A stretch of 64,000 nt of DNA from Octopus sinensis (taxonomy: Eukaryota): positions 139,934,001-139,998,000 of the forward strand of contig NC_042998.1 of NCBI RefSeq assembly GCF_006345805.1, written 5' to 3'. The notes beneath the pieces were generated by a model. It saw only the letters and a program-made list of their open reading frames with translations, was not told the origin of the DNA and ran no database searches. Positions within the stretch are counted from its first letter, which is position 1. The number at the start of each line of letters is the position of its first letter. A program made the position numbers and the translations under genes. Below are positions 1-12,399 of this stretch, in pieces.

Positions 1-87
1 ACAGATGAAATACCGCTAAGCATTTTGCCCGATGTGCTAACATTTCTGCCAGCTCGCCCCCTTCATTTGTACGCATATTTAATGACA

Positions 88-246
88 ACAGGCATGATTG
101 TGTGGTTAAGAAGCTTGCTTCCTAACCATGTGTTTCTGAGTTCAGTCCCATTACACAGCACCTTGGGCAAGTGTCTTCTGCTATATTTCAGGCTGACCAA
201 AGTATTGTGAGTGGATTTGTTAGAAGGAAACTTAAATAAGCCCATT
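88..246 (+). mobile_element. tRNA-derived SINE, family A (5' part)
   Basis: Head 'caggcatgattgtgtggttaagaagcttgcttcctaacc...gagttcagtccc...accttgggcaagtgtctt' recurs many times in the window on both strands (e.g. ~780, 5398, 22465, 35590, 59765). Confidence 0.75.
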
Positions 247-289
247 GTGTGTGTATATGTATATGTATATATATATGTATATATATATA

Positions 290-328
<39 letters not shown>

Positions 329-943
329 CACCTTAAGAGTATGCCCTGGCACATCGCCACCATCTCCCTTGTTCTCTCTTCCTCTGACTGGGGTAATCCT
401 GTATCTCCTCCCCAGCAAGTCATCTGCTTCTGTCCTTCTGTCACACTCTAACCTCTTGTCACCTGGCACTTACTAACTGCCTTCAATACCACTCTCCTCT
501 CAAAGGATCTTTGTCTTGCAAGTTACTTGATGACCTCACCGGTGCTGGCGCTACATAAAAAGCACCCAGTTCACTGTGTGAAGTGGTTGGTGTTTGGAAC
601 AGCTTCTAGCTATAAAAACCATGCCAAAGGAGATCTTGCTGGTGCTATGTAAAAAGCACCTAATCCCTGATGATGGTGGTGGTGGTGGTGGTGACGACAA
701 TGACGGTGGCGGTGGCAGTGGTGGTGGTGGTGGTGGTGTGTGTGTGTGTATGTGAACTTTGTCATTCATCCTTCCAGGGTCAGGAATGGCTGTGCAGTTA
801 AGAATCTCACTTTCTAACCATATGGTTTTGGGCTCAGTCTCACTGCTTGGCACCTTGTTAAAGTGCCTTCTACTCTAGCCCTGGGCCAACCAATGCCTTG
901 TGAATGAATTTGGTAGACTAAAACTGTGTAGAAGCCTATCATA

Positions 944-2207
944 TGGGTCATCCCATAAATAATGTAGTTTTATCAATTGTATGAACTAAAAGTTGGATGG
1001 GGATGGGATAAACTACCTGCATCAACTTGCTATAAAAGCAGGTAATAATTTTACCTTGTTCTTATTTTTAGTGCAAGTTTTGAAGGGTGCAGTTCAATTT
1101 TAACAGTTATTTTTCAAAGTTATAATGGAAATGACAAAGGAGCATGTTCAGCATATTTTGCTTTATGAGTTCAATAAAGGCAACAATGCAATGGAAAGTG
1201 TGAGGAATATCAATGCAGTATATGGGGACTGGACAATAGGCGTAAGCCAGTAGTTCCAAATATTCCAAGCGGGAAACTACAACCTAGAAGACGAGCCTCA
1301 ACCTGAAAGACCTGTAGAACTTGACAAGGATGTCTTGCAAATCCCAATGTAGCTGTTGAGGAACTAGCAGAGAAGCTTGGATTTGGTCATTCAACCATTC
1401 ATCAACATCTGCATGTCATTGGAAAAGTCAAATTGGGTCAATGGGTTCCTTACAAACTTTCCAAGTCTAATTGTACACAGCAAGTGAATGTGTGCTCTTC
1501 TTTACTGTTACATCTCACCTCACAAATGAACCTTTTTTGGACCAAATAGTGACTGGTGACAAGAAATAGGTTCTCTATAAAAATATCAAGCATTGAAGAC
1601 AGTAGGTAAGGGAAAGGAGAAACACCAGCACCCCAGGCTAAAAGAAGTCTTTACCCATGTAAGGTGTTGTTATCTGTTTGGTGGGATATGGAAGGTTTAG
1701 TCCACTTTGAACTTTTAAACCCAAACCAAATGATAACAAAGGAGATCTACTGTGAGCAGCTTGTGCAGCCTAAGTCAGCGGTAGAAGAAAAACGACTATC
1801 TTGGGTTCCAAGACGAAAGGTGTTCTTCCATCAGGATAATGCTTGACCACATACAGCAAGGATAACATTCCAAAGGCTGGAACAGTTTGAATGGTAAATA
1901 ATGCCTCACTCACCATATTTGCCAGACATTGCCCCATCTGATTATCATTTATTCCGCAGTCTTTAAAATCATTTGGACGGAAAAGATATGAATTCTGAAG
2001 ATGAGGTAAGAACAGTAGTGGAGGAGTATCTTTTGTCATGGACAAGTGAATTTTGGAAGAGGGGCCTTGCAAGTCTACCAGATAGATTGAAGAGTATTGT
2101 AGAAAATGAAAGAGAGTATATTTTAGATTAAAAAAGAACTTTGTTTATCTTAATTTTGAAAAATAAAAGAAGTATAAATAAACTGCATTATTTATTGGAT
2201 GACCCAA
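944..2207 (+). mobile_element. Full-length decayed mariner transposon (~1.26 kb)
   Basis: TIR tgggtcatcccataaataatgtagtt (944) pairs with aactgcattatttattggatgaccca (2181-2206), TA-flanked. Transposase remnants: MEMTKEHVQHILLYEF (1125), WVPYKL, IVTGD, LLSVWWD, FHQDNA, PYLPDIAPSDYHLFRSL, with stops and frameshifts. Confidence 0.92.
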
Positions 2208-5200
2208 TATATGCTGTCAATATTCACTTCTAAGCCTTTATGTTTTTCATTTACAGTCCATCCAAATTTGACTTTTATCTTTCATCGTTCCTGAGACAAT
2301 AAAATAAGTTCAGGAGTTGATTGAAGTATCCTCTCTTCATATTTGTAGCCATTTGCCAGTATGAGAAATAACCATCGTTATTATTATAACTTACATTATT
2401 TAATTGTTTAGTTTGTATTTGTTGTATGCCCCCGCTAAGCTCTGTGTTCTGTGGATGCATAAAGGTTTAACTCACACTTTATTATTATTATCTGCACCTT
2501 TTGTTTCTGTGAACATGTTCCTTTATATACACAAACAAACACACACACACGCACAAAAAAAAAATAATAATCAGAGAAATGGTACCAAATCAGAGTAAAA
2601 CACAGCAGCAAAGTCAGCATTATTAACATTTAATTCGAGGTTCAGTCTTTGAAAACTATCATGAAACATGTGCTGTGATGTTAGTGAATTAATGTTTTCT
2701 TTGAGAACATAATTCGCTATTGTGTAACTTATGGCAAGTATCTTATCAGTCTGCAGGGATGAAAGAATGATTTAATATCTACTCGCTAAATATGGATGGT
2801 GACAGTGTGCCACAAATAAATATGACTTCGCCATTACATGGGAATTTGCCTGCAGTGCGGTTCGCTATAGAAGTGTACTTTTGTGTAGTTTATCAAAGAT
2901 GTTATGGTTTCCATAAACAAGTGAGCAGTGAATTCTTTCTTTAAGTGAGTGTTTTGTGAAAATATGGTTATTGATTTACCTATGTGGTGTTGTTATAGTT
3001 ATCATGATGCAAGCAGTGTCCTTTGGTTTCCAACCTTCCATGAAACCGTGTCTGGTTTAAGGGGAAATGTTATGTTGCTTGGAAAGAGGTGAGGGTTGTA
3101 ACAGGAAGAGCATCTGGCCTTTAAAAATCCATCTCAAAAATTCTATCCAACCCGTTGTGAGCATGGAAGAATAAATGTTAAAATGATGATGGTAAAGAAG
3201 AAGAAGAAGAAGCAAGGATCTCTGAAGATATTACATAGTTCACTGTGAATAGTTTATCGAAAGCATTATGGCATCCATCAACATGTTTACAGAGCAGTGA
3301 ATTCTTTCTTTGGAAAATATAGATATTCCTTGATTCACCTACATAGTATTGTATAATAAATATAAGGATGTTATATAATATTCCTGCCTAATAATCACAC
3401 AGCAAACACAAGGATATCTGAAAATATTACATATTTGTAAAATCTATATCAACTGAATTTTTTATCAAAATCTGAGACATTAACTTACTAGCAAACCAGT
3501 CATGAAGCCAACTGTGTGTCTATTATTTATTACCTATGTATGGTAATTTTCTGAAACCTATTTTAGAAAATATATACTTTCTTTGTTATGTACTTAGAGA
3601 AGGTAGCTGTGACAGGGAATGTATTCATAATTTCTTAAGCATCTTTTGACCACTGACTGGAGAAATCAGTGTAGTCAATGATCACTGAAATTCTGTTGGT
3701 CAAGACATGTAGGAAAAACACGAGCAACATCATCATCATTTTATGATATATCTTTTCTCTTTTATCGTTTCAGTCATTAGACTACAGCCATACTCAGGTA
3801 CCGCATTGAAGGGTTTAATCAAACAAATCAACCCTAGTACTTATGTTTTAAAGTCTTCTACTTACACTATGGGTCTCTATTTGCTGAACTGTGAGTTATG
3901 AGGGACATGAACAAATCCACTCTGGTACGCTGGTTGTCAAGCAAGGCCATAATCAAAAGGACATACAGACATATACATACAAACATACATACATACAAAC
4001 AAACAAACAAACAACAAAATTGTATATAGAGTTATCCAAGGTTTCGTACCTACAAAGCCTAAGTCATGTGGACTGTTCATCAGACTCTATATAGAGTCTG
4101 ATGAGCTGTCCACAAGGCTTTGGCTTTGTGGGTGCAAAACCTTGGATAACGCTACATAAAATTTTGTTGTAATAATTACTGCTCTGTTTTCTACAGTGTG
4201 CTTCATTCTGATATATGTTTTTTTTTATTAAATATATATATATATATATATGCATACATGCATGTATGTTTCTTTCAGTTTCTGTCTACCAAAGCCACTC
4301 AAAAGGCTTTGGTTGGCTGGTGGGTAATAGTAGAAGCCACCTTTTCTGTGTGCCATGCAGTAGGACTGAACCTAGAACCATGTGGTTGAGAAGCAAACTT
4401 CTTACCACACAGTCATGAGTATTATTAGTTGCTACATTTGTTTCACCATTGCAGTTATTTGGAGCTCAACACTGGATGTTCCACTACACTAGAATCTGAC
4501 TGGATAATGCTAATCTATGTGGAGGTCTAACTCTTACAGTAACAGTCATACATCAAACTGTTTGCACACAATTATTTATATGTATTTTTAGACTGTGGCC
4601 ATGCTGGGGCACAGCCTTGAAGAACTTTTAGTCAAATGCATTGACCCCCAAGTACTTATTTTTTAAAACCTGATACTTATTCTGTTGGTCTCTTTTGCTG
4701 AACCACTAAGTTACAGGGACATAAACACAATGATACCAGTTGACAAGCGGTGGTGGGGGACAAACACGTGCACACAGACACACACACATGCACCCATGGA
4801 AACAATGGGCTTCTTTCAGTTTCCATCTACCAAATCCACTCAAGGCTTTGGTCAGTCAAGTAACTCACAGGTCAAAGAAAAGACCTGTAACTGACTAAGG
4901 TTGGAGTCAAGAAGTGGTGGTTTTATGCAAGGCATTGAGATACTAAAGTATAATAGAGGGATCAGGAAGTCATGTAGCCCTGTGGTTAGGTTGTTGGACT
5001 CATAAACTTAAGGTCATGGCTGGTAAACATGTTGTGTCCTTGGACAAGGCACTTAATTTCATGTTGTTCTAGTTTCCTCAGCTGTAAAGGAGTACTAGGT
5101 GAGTTCTAGTGCAGCTCTCTTGACCACCAGCTGTCAGTCGATGAAATCAACTATACTCCTTCCCCAAATTTCAGGCCTTGTGCCTATAGTCCATGTTTTT

Positions 5201-5686
5201 GCTGGGGCATTGAGGGCGAGGTCAAGAGGGTATCTGTGTCCACTCATTACTACACAATCACCTAAAACAATTAGTGAAAGCATGATACATGCAATTAGGT
5301 TATACTCATTTGCTTTATGCATGAGTGTGTGTGTGTGTGTGTGTGAGTGAGTGAGTGCATAAATTGCCTAAATATTTCATTTCCATATTTCTTTGTGCAG
5401 GCATGACTGTATAGGTAGGAAGTTCACTTCCCAACCACATAGTACTGGGTTCAGTCCCACTGCTCAGCACCTCAGGCAAGTGACTTCTACTAGAGCCTCA
5501 GGCCAACCAAAGCCTTAAGAGTGAATTTGGTGGACAGAAATTTCTTCATGTGTATATTTGTGTGTGAAAGTGCTTGTGTCTCCTTTGAGTTCCAATTATG
5601 GTTAAAATATTTTTGTTTTTGTATAAAATAATTTCCGCTCATATATTTCTTCCTTTTTTTTTTTCTCTCTCTCTCTCTGTAATCAG

Positions 5687-5740
5687 CTTGCCAAATTTGA
5701 TCCAGAACTGTTTCGGCCATCAGTAAACAATTTTATTTGG
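5687..5740 (+). CDS. Coding exon 1 (in window) of an unidentified host gene: LAKFDPELFRPSVNNFIW
   Basis: Pyrimidine tract + aatcag acceptor; tgg|gtaagt donor; 54 nt, phase 0/0; only one frame is open. Confidence 0.72.
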
Positions 5741-6347
5741 GTAAGTTTGTCTTCTATTTTTAAATTAAACAATTTTCCTTCTTGAAACATCTGAGTTAGT
5801 TGGGGCATTGGACAGAATATTTTTTCGCTATTTGTTCTAACTTTGTGTGTTCTGAGTTCAAATCTCATTGAGGTCAACTTTACCTCTTACCCTTTCAAGA
5901 TCAATTAAGAAAAGTACCAATCCAAGGCAGTGGATTGTCAGAACTATCAGAAATGTTGGACTGGATGCCTTTGGGTTCTGAGTTCATATCCCACCCTCAT
6001 TTATGTAGGTGACAGATCGAATCTGTCGCTTGGTTTAACACCACTATGTGACACCTTGATTGCTTTTACTGTAGTCCACTCTCTTGCAAGCATTCTGACC
6101 AGAACCCTGATTTGAGGATATGTTCTGCCATCTCTCCCTCCCTTTCTTCCCCTCCCCCTCTCCCCCTCTTCTCATGCTAGTCTTGGAGGCACTGTAATGA
6201 GCCATAGGCTCTGCCTTCATTCTTCACTAAAGTATTAAAAAAAATAGCCCTTTCATGTCATTTTCTTTCTTTCAACATAACAAACTATTACTACAAAAAT
6301 AGAAAATGATTCAAAAGTCCACACACTGAGTGGCTGCACTGAATCTA

Positions 6348-6520
6348 AGTTTGTTTACCAACCACATGGTTCTGGGTTCAGTACCCCTGTGCGACACCTT
6401 GGACAAGTACCTTCTACTATAGTCTGGGGATGACTAAAGCCCGAGGCTATAGTGGAAGACACTTGCCCAAGGTGCCACACAGTGGGACATGAACCCAGAA
6501 CAGTGTGGTTGGAAGCAAGT
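6348..6520. repeat. Inverted pair of SINE-A fragments forming a hairpin
   Basis: accacatggttctgggttca...ttctactatag (~6360-6422) pairs with ctatagtggaagacacttgcccaaggtgcc...gaacccagaacagtgtggttgg (~6447-6512). Confidence 0.75.
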
Positions 6521-6965
6521 TGGCACTCTGGATGCCAAACTGTTCATATTTTAACCTCTCATCTAACCCAAAGCTGCCTCTCTTTCTACTGTAGTTCCAC
6601 GCAGTTGAAGGGATCTTAGTCTTACAAGTTAAATGGCAACCTTATTAGTGTTTATGGCATTAAGAAGGGCAACCAGCCATGGAAACGATACCAAAACAGA
6701 CATTAGAGTATGATGCAGTCCTCTGAAATGTCAGAAGATGGACATTATAAGATGATAATTGCGTGTGTGTGTGTGTGTGTGTATAGCGATCATTATCTTT
6801 TAATGTCCTTTTGTGAAGCACATGGTAAAATTTTGGAGGGAAAATATGAATTCATTTGTCTATATGGATTTAGCCTGTGTTAATTGTCTCATGCTATCTC
6901 CGATGGTGCGAGGTCGGGAAGCAAGAGGTATGTAAATTAACATTTGTAAATCTATCTAAAGGAAT

Positions 6966-7025
6966 GTTACGCTGAAGACGGGAATGGATTTGTTTATAAT
7001 TCTGACCCAGAAATGTGTCCGTAAC
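6966..7025 (+). ncRNA. Minimal type I hammerhead ribozyme motif (CpG-decayed), probably in a Penelope pLTR-derived element
   Basis: Stem I gttacg/cgtaac; core CTGAAGA (6972-6978); stem II cggg...ccca; GAAA (7010-7013), tgtg, TC. The element runs on into a (TA)n tract at ~7195. Confidence 0.72.
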
Positions 7026-7195
7026 TAACCGAAGACTTTGTTTTCGTTATTTTTCATCCTGTTTTACATATGTGAGTTACATGTATATGTTATATGTGGA
7101 GTTATATTTGTAGAAAATAGAAATAAGCAGTCTTTGACTGCTATTTCTAATTTTTCGGTATGTGGCTAAGCAACCTGTTGCTTGCCCTTTTTATT

Positions 7196-7249
<54 letters not shown>

Positions 7250-7355
7250 ATAGAACTTTTTATAAAGGTTCCTACCGATAATGGTTATATTTCCATACTG
7301 AAATCTACCCAGAAATAATTGTTGATTTTGAAATTAATAATTATTTACCCTTATA

Positions 7356-7360
<5 letters not shown>

Positions 7361-7403
<43 letters not shown>

Positions 7404-7456
7404 TATATATATAATATATATATATACATATATATATATAATATATATATATATAC

Positions 7457-7531
<75 letters not shown>

Positions 7532-7540
7532 TGTAAATAT
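7361..7540. repeat. (TA)n microsatellite, imperfect
   Basis: Direct reading. Similar tracts at ~250-325, 39430-39490, 40470-40805, 43905-44000. Confidence 0.95.
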
Positions 7541-7551
7541 ATAAACACACA

Positions 7552-7719
7552 TGGCACGTAAAAAGCACCCACTACACTCACGGAGTGGTTGGCGTTAGGA
7601 AGGGCATCCAGCTGTAGAAACATTGCCAGATAAGACTGGAGCCTGGTGCAGCCTTCTGGCTTCCCAGATCCCCGGTCGAACCGTCCAACCCATGCTAGCA
7701 TGGAGAACGGACGTTAAAC

Positions 7720-7750
<31 letters not shown>
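7552..7750 (+). mobile_element. RTE LINE 3'-end fragment ending in (GAT)n
   Basis: Reverse complement of the 3' UTR of the RTE at 8296-8480; ends ggacgttaaacgatgatgat... Confidence 0.8.
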
Positions 7751-8105
7751 CACACATAAGTATATACTAGCAGAGATACCTAGCATTGCCCGTGTCACAT
7801 GGAATTGAAGAATTAGACTTTACTTTTTTACATGTTGGCATGGGTTGGTTGGTTTGACTGAGGTCTGGAAAGCCAGCAGCTGCACCAGGCTCCAACATGA
7901 TCTGGCAATGTTTCAACAGCTGGATGCCCTTCTTAACACCACCATTCCAAGAGTGTAGTAGGTATTTTTTACATGCCAACTGGCACAGGAGCCAGCCAGG
8001 GGTCCTTGGCATCAATCACATTTGGATAGTGCTTATGTGTGTGTGTGTGTATATATATATGTATATATGTACACACACACACACACACATACATATGTAT
8101 GTGTT

Positions 8106-8155
<50 letters not shown>

Positions 8156-8216
8156 CATATATACATGTGTATATACACACACACATACAAATTCAGGGAG
8201 TGGAATGTATAAAATG

Positions 8217-8292
8217 CAGGCTACATATATTTCTTAGCTAACTGATCCTCTGATGTAATGAGGGATACTCAGGTTAGCTAATCATCAGGCTG
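8217..8292 (-). ncRNA. Minimal type I hammerhead ribozyme motif with intact catalytic core
   Basis: Minus strand reads cagc-CTGATGA-ttagctaac...gttagctaa-GAAA-tatatg-TA-gcctg: 9-bp perfect base of stem II, near-palindromic stem III, GUA cleavage triplet. Confidence 0.72.
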
Positions 8293-8295
8293 AGG

Positions 8296-10943
8296 ATCAT
8301 CATCATCATCATCATCATCATCGTTTAACGTCCGCTTTCCATGCTAGCATGGGTTGGACGGTTCAACTGGGGTCTGGCAAGCCCGAAGGCTGCACCAGGC
8401 CAGTCAGATCTGGCAGTGTTTCTACAGCTGGATGCCCTTCCTAACGCCAACCACTCCGAGAGTGTAGTGGGTGATTTTATGTGCCACCAACACAGGTGCC
8501 AGACGAGGCTGGCAGACGGCCACGCTCGGATGGTGTTTTTTATGTGCCACCGACACAGGTGCCAGACGAGGCTGGCTGACGGCCACGCTCGGATGGTGTT
8601 TTCTTATGTGTCACCGACACAGGTTCCAGATGAGGCTGGCGGACGGCCACGCTCGGATGGTGTTTGTCATTGCGTTACTGGCTACGGTCACGTTCGGGTG
8701 GTTTTCTTATGTGCCACCAGCACTGGTACCACAAGGGTACAAATTCCATTGATGTACATCTATTTTGATTTGGTTCGATTTGATTTGATTTGATTCGATT
8801 CTCACTTGCCTCAACAGGTCTTCACAAGTGTCACAAGAAGGAAGGTATGCACAGGTGGACTGACTACGTCCCAGGTAGGGGCCACGGATTATGGCTTCAC
8901 TAGTCTTGCCGGGTCTTCTCACGCACAGCATACTTCCATAGGTCTCGGTCTCTAGTCATTTCCATGGTGAGACCTAACGTCCGAAGGTCGTGCTTCACCA
9001 CCTCGTCCCAGGTTTTCCTGGGTCTACCTCTTCCACGGGTTCCCTCAACTGCTAGGGATTGGCACTTTCTCACACACCTATCTTCATCCATTCTCGCCAC
9101 ATGGCCATACCAGTGCAATCGTCTCTCTTGCACACCACAACTGATGCTTCTTAGGTACAACATTTCTCTCAAGGTACTAACGCTCAGTCGAGTAAGTACA
9201 CTGACATTACACATCCATCGGAGCATACTGGCTTCGTTCCTCGCGAGCTTACGCATGTCCTCAGCAGTCACGGCCCATGTTTCACTGCCATGTAGCATAG
9301 CTGTTCGTACACATGCATCATACAGTCTGCCTTTTACTCTGAGCGAGAGGCCTTTAGTCACCAGCAGAGGTAAGAGCTCCCTAAACTTTGCCCAGGCTAT
9401 TCTTATTCTAGCAGTTACACTTTCAGCGCACCCACCCCCACTACTGACTTGGTCACCTAGATAGCGGAAGCTATCAACTACTTCTAGTTTTTCCCCCCGG
9501 AAAGTGACGGAAGTTGTTTTCTGCAGATTTTCGGAGGTCAATGCTCCAGAGCATCTGCCACATACAAAAACTATCTTCCTAGTTAGCCTACCTTTGACAT
9601 TGCTGCACCTCTTATGTGTCCATAGCTTACACTGGGTACATCTTATAGAGTTTCTACCCACACCTTTTCTACAGATCGAGCAGGGCCATCTTCCTGAGGA
9701 TATTTGTGGATTGTCTACCTTTCTACTTATTAGTACTTTGGTTTTAGCTAGGTTGACTCTAAGGCCCCTCGATTCTAAACCCTCCTTCCACACCTGGAAC
9801 TTCTCCTCCAGTTCTGATAGTGACTCAGCAATTAGAGCGAGGTCGTCAGCATAGAGGAGCTCCCAGGGGCAACCTGTCTTGAATTCCTCCACAATTGCCT
9901 GGAGGACTATGATAAATAGGAGGGGGCTGAGTACTGAACCCTGGTGGACCCCAACCTCTACTTTGAATTCTTCTGTGTACATGTTGCCAACTCTAACCTT
10001 ACTTACGGCATCTCTGTACATGGCTTGCACAGCCCTCACCAGCCATTCATCTATCCCTAGTTTCCTCATTGACCACCATATGAGGGATCGGGGGACCCTA
10101 TCAAAGGCTTTCTCCATGTCAACGAAAGCCAGGTACAGGGGCTTATCTTTGGCTAGGTATTTCTCTTGCAGCTGCCTTACCAGGAATATAGCATCAGTGG
10201 TGCTTTTCCCTGGGACAAACCCAAACTGCATCTCATCTAAACTAACTCTCTCTCTAATTAGTTGGGCTATGACCCTCTCCGTAACCTTCATTACCTGATC
10301 CAACAGCTTGATACCTCTGTAATTATTTGTATCTAGGGCATCACCTTTACCTTTGTAGCAGTTGACTAGTATGCTGCTACACCAGTCATTGGGTATGACT
10401 CCTTCGTGTATCACCTGGTTGACTATACGGGTGACTAGGTTATATCCAACACTGCCAGATATTTTGAGCATCTCTGCAGTAATTCCTGATGGGCCTGGGG
10501 CTTTCCCTGTTTTCATGCTTCTAATTGCCTTAGCTACCACGGAACTATCAACTCGGATAGCTGGTCCCTCTGTTGGGTCAACATTCGGCAGACTCTCTTT
10601 ATCCCACTCATTTTCTTTATTCAGCAACCTTTCATAGTGGCATCTCCAAACCTCTCTCTTTGCATCCTCATTTAGCGCAAGTGAACCATCATCCATGCGA
10701 ACACACTTCTCTCCTACCACGTCACGATTCTCTCTCACACACTGTCTTGCAACACGAAATACCTCAAGTCTTTCATCCTCACGGCTCAGAGCATTGGCAA
10801 ATTTTTTCTTATCCGCTTCCCCTCTGGCTAAATAAACCTGTCTCCTAGCTTCCCTTTTGGCTGTCTGATACAATTCCCTGCTACCACCGTTCTTCCAGTC
10901 CTTCCAAGCCTGTCTCTTTTGTCTAATAGCTCTGTCAACCACA
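8296..10943 (-). mobile_element. 5'-truncated RTE-clade LINE, young copy
   Basis: Uninterrupted RT frame, ~580 nt 3' UTR with ~58-bp tandem repeats (8476-8660), (GAT)n 3' tail (catcat... on + strand at 8298-8322); endonuclease domain absent. Confidence 0.93.
8900..10942 (-). CDS. RTE LINE reverse transcriptase, 680 aa open frame, N-terminally truncated
   Basis: Motifs GKAPGPSGI, YKGKGD, NYRGIKLL, QFGFVPGKST, AFVDMEKAFDRV, GVHQGSVLSPLLF, LLYADD (YADD at 9842-9853), FRYLG, RRLHWYGHV, RGRPRKTW. Confidence 0.92.
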   Translation of the reverse strand: MVDRAIRQKRQAWKDWKNGGSRELYQTAKREARRQVYLARGEADKKKFANALSREDERLEVFRVARQCVRENRDVVGEKCVRMDDGSLALNEDAKREVWRCHYERLLNKENEWDKESLPNVDPTEGPAIRVDSSVVAKAIRSMKTGKAPGPSGITAEMLKISGSVGYNLVTRIVNQVIHEGVIPNDWCSSILVNCYKGKGDALDTNNYRGIKLLDQVMKVTERVIAQLIRERVSLDEMQFGFVPGKSTTDAIFLVRQLQEKYLAKDKPLYLAFVDMEKAFDRVPRSLIWWSMRKLGIDEWLVRAVQAMYRDAVSKVRVGNMYTEEFKVEVGVHQGSVLSPLLFIIVLQAIVEEFKTGCPWELLYADDLALIAESLSELEEKFQVWKEGLESRGLRVNLAKTKVLISRKVDNPQISSGRWPCSICRKGVGRNSIRCTQCKLWTHKRCSNVKGRLTRKIVFVCGRCSGALTSENLQKTTSVTFRGEKLEVVDSFRYLGDQVSSGGGCAESVTARIRIAWAKFRELLPLLVTKGLSLRVKGRLYDACVRTAMLHGSETWAVTAEDMRKLARNEASMLRWMCNVSVLTRLSVSTLREMLYLRSISCGVQERRLHWYGHVARMDEDRCVRKCQSLAVEGTRGRGRPRKTWDEVVKHDLRTLGLTMEMTRDRDLWKYAVREKTRQD

Positions 10944-11019
10944 TTTTAATTAAATGAAGGTTACATTGTTGTTTTGAATTTCTAAATTAACTCACTGCAG
11001 CTTGCAGCTTACAGTGAGT

Positions 11020-11050
<31 letters not shown>

Positions 11051-11989
11051 TCATCATCATCATCATCATCATCATTTGATGTCCATTTTCCCGGCTGGCA
11101 TTGGTTGGATGGTTTGATAGAGGTTGGCTAAGCAGAAGACTGCACCAGATTTCACTTTCTGTTTTGCCTCACACACTCACACACACAAAGCTTCCATACA
11201 GTTTCTGACTATCAAATGCATTCACAAGACATTGATCAGCTTGGTGGGACTGAACTAAAGACCAAAGCAAAGCAAACTCTTTAACCACACAGCCATACCT
11301 GTACCTGCAATAAGCAACAACACTTAAGACTCATTTCCAAATATGACTGAACATTATGATGAATTATTATCATTACTACCATCATCATCATCATCACCAT
11401 CATTATTGTTGTTGTTGGTGCAATGTTTTTTTCCTAAAATCCTTGATCTCCTTCTGCGTGACAACTAAGCAAAATATGTTTTTAATAATGAGAAAAAGAG
11501 TTGTTTTATTTATTATTTTTTTTTTGTGTATGTGTTTGTTATGCCATCATTGCTACTGTAAAGAATTTGCTAACAAATATAGTTGGCAACATCAACATTA
11601 AGTTTCATGAATGTGACAAATGTAGTGATGACTGCAGAAGTTAACTCTGAATGAGTGAGAACAACAAAGACTCCTTCTGTTGTATATGAGACATGCAAAA
11701 GAAAAGGAGGCAACGAGGAAGGCTATTCTTTGAAAGAAAATTGTAAAGGTGGAAAGCATTTTTACTGAAGAAAATGTGTGATTGATGGAGGAAGATTTGG
11801 GAAGTAAAAAACAAGTTTTGCTTTAAAGTGAAAGACCAGTTTATATTTTTATGACAAGCAGAAGTATTGGTAGAAATTGTAAATGGTTTTGTGTGATTTT
11901 TGAACCAAGGCAAAATTTTAGCATCTACTTTCCCATGGTTCAGACAAAATTTGTTGAGGTACATTTTCTGCAGTCCAGTGCTTTTCCTG

Positions 11990-12206
11990 TTTATTTCTTT
12001 ATTGCCCACAAGGGGCTAAACATAGAGGGGACAAACAAGGTCAGACAAAGGGATTAAGTCGATTACATTGACCCCAGTGCGTAACTGGTACTTAATTTAT
12101 CGACCCCGAAAGGATGAAAGGCAAAGTTGTCCTCAGCGGAATTTGAACTCAGAACGTAACAGCAGACGAAATACCGCTGGCATGCTAATGTTTCTGCCAG
12201 CTCACC
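11990..12206 (-). mobile_element. tRNA-derived SINE, family B
   Basis: Minus strand has gagctggcagaa head, B-box-like gagttcaaattc and ...gcctttcatcctttcggggtcgataaattaagtaccagtt; many copies in the window. Confidence 0.75.
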
Positions 12207-12399
12207 ATTCCTGTTGCCAACCCTCACCTGTTTCCAAATATGGTAATATTTTCTCTTGGTTAGACATGTTTTTCAAGGACAACTAGCAACGAACAACATC
12301 ACCTGTATGACAGTGATGCTCATTTACAACTGATATGGTATGTAGACAAGGATAAGCACAAACACACATACATACGTTATGTAAATACATACATACATA

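Noticed and set aside
2257-2330. Acceptor-like tttttcatttacag as a coding exon start
   Set aside because: Stops occur in all three frames within ~45 nt and there is no convincing donor.
7334-7701. YIYI/CVCV/HTHT-rich ORFs here and at ~245, 8000, 39400, 40410, 43800, 55400
   Set aside because: Translations of (TA)n/(CA)n microsatellites, not genes.
8476-8700. Regularly spaced ~58-bp repeats resembling a CRISPR array (also 51470-51710)
   Set aside because: Whole units repeat with no unique spacers, they lie inside a LINE 3' UTR, the context is eukaryotic and there are no cas genes.
8341-8793. 150-aa ORF with repeats, and the 234-aa ORF at 51497-52201
   Set aside because: Antisense readings of RTE 3' UTR tandem repeats.
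11641-12009. 122-aa minus-strand ORF
   Set aside because: No recognisable motifs or splice signals; it starts inside a SINE tail.
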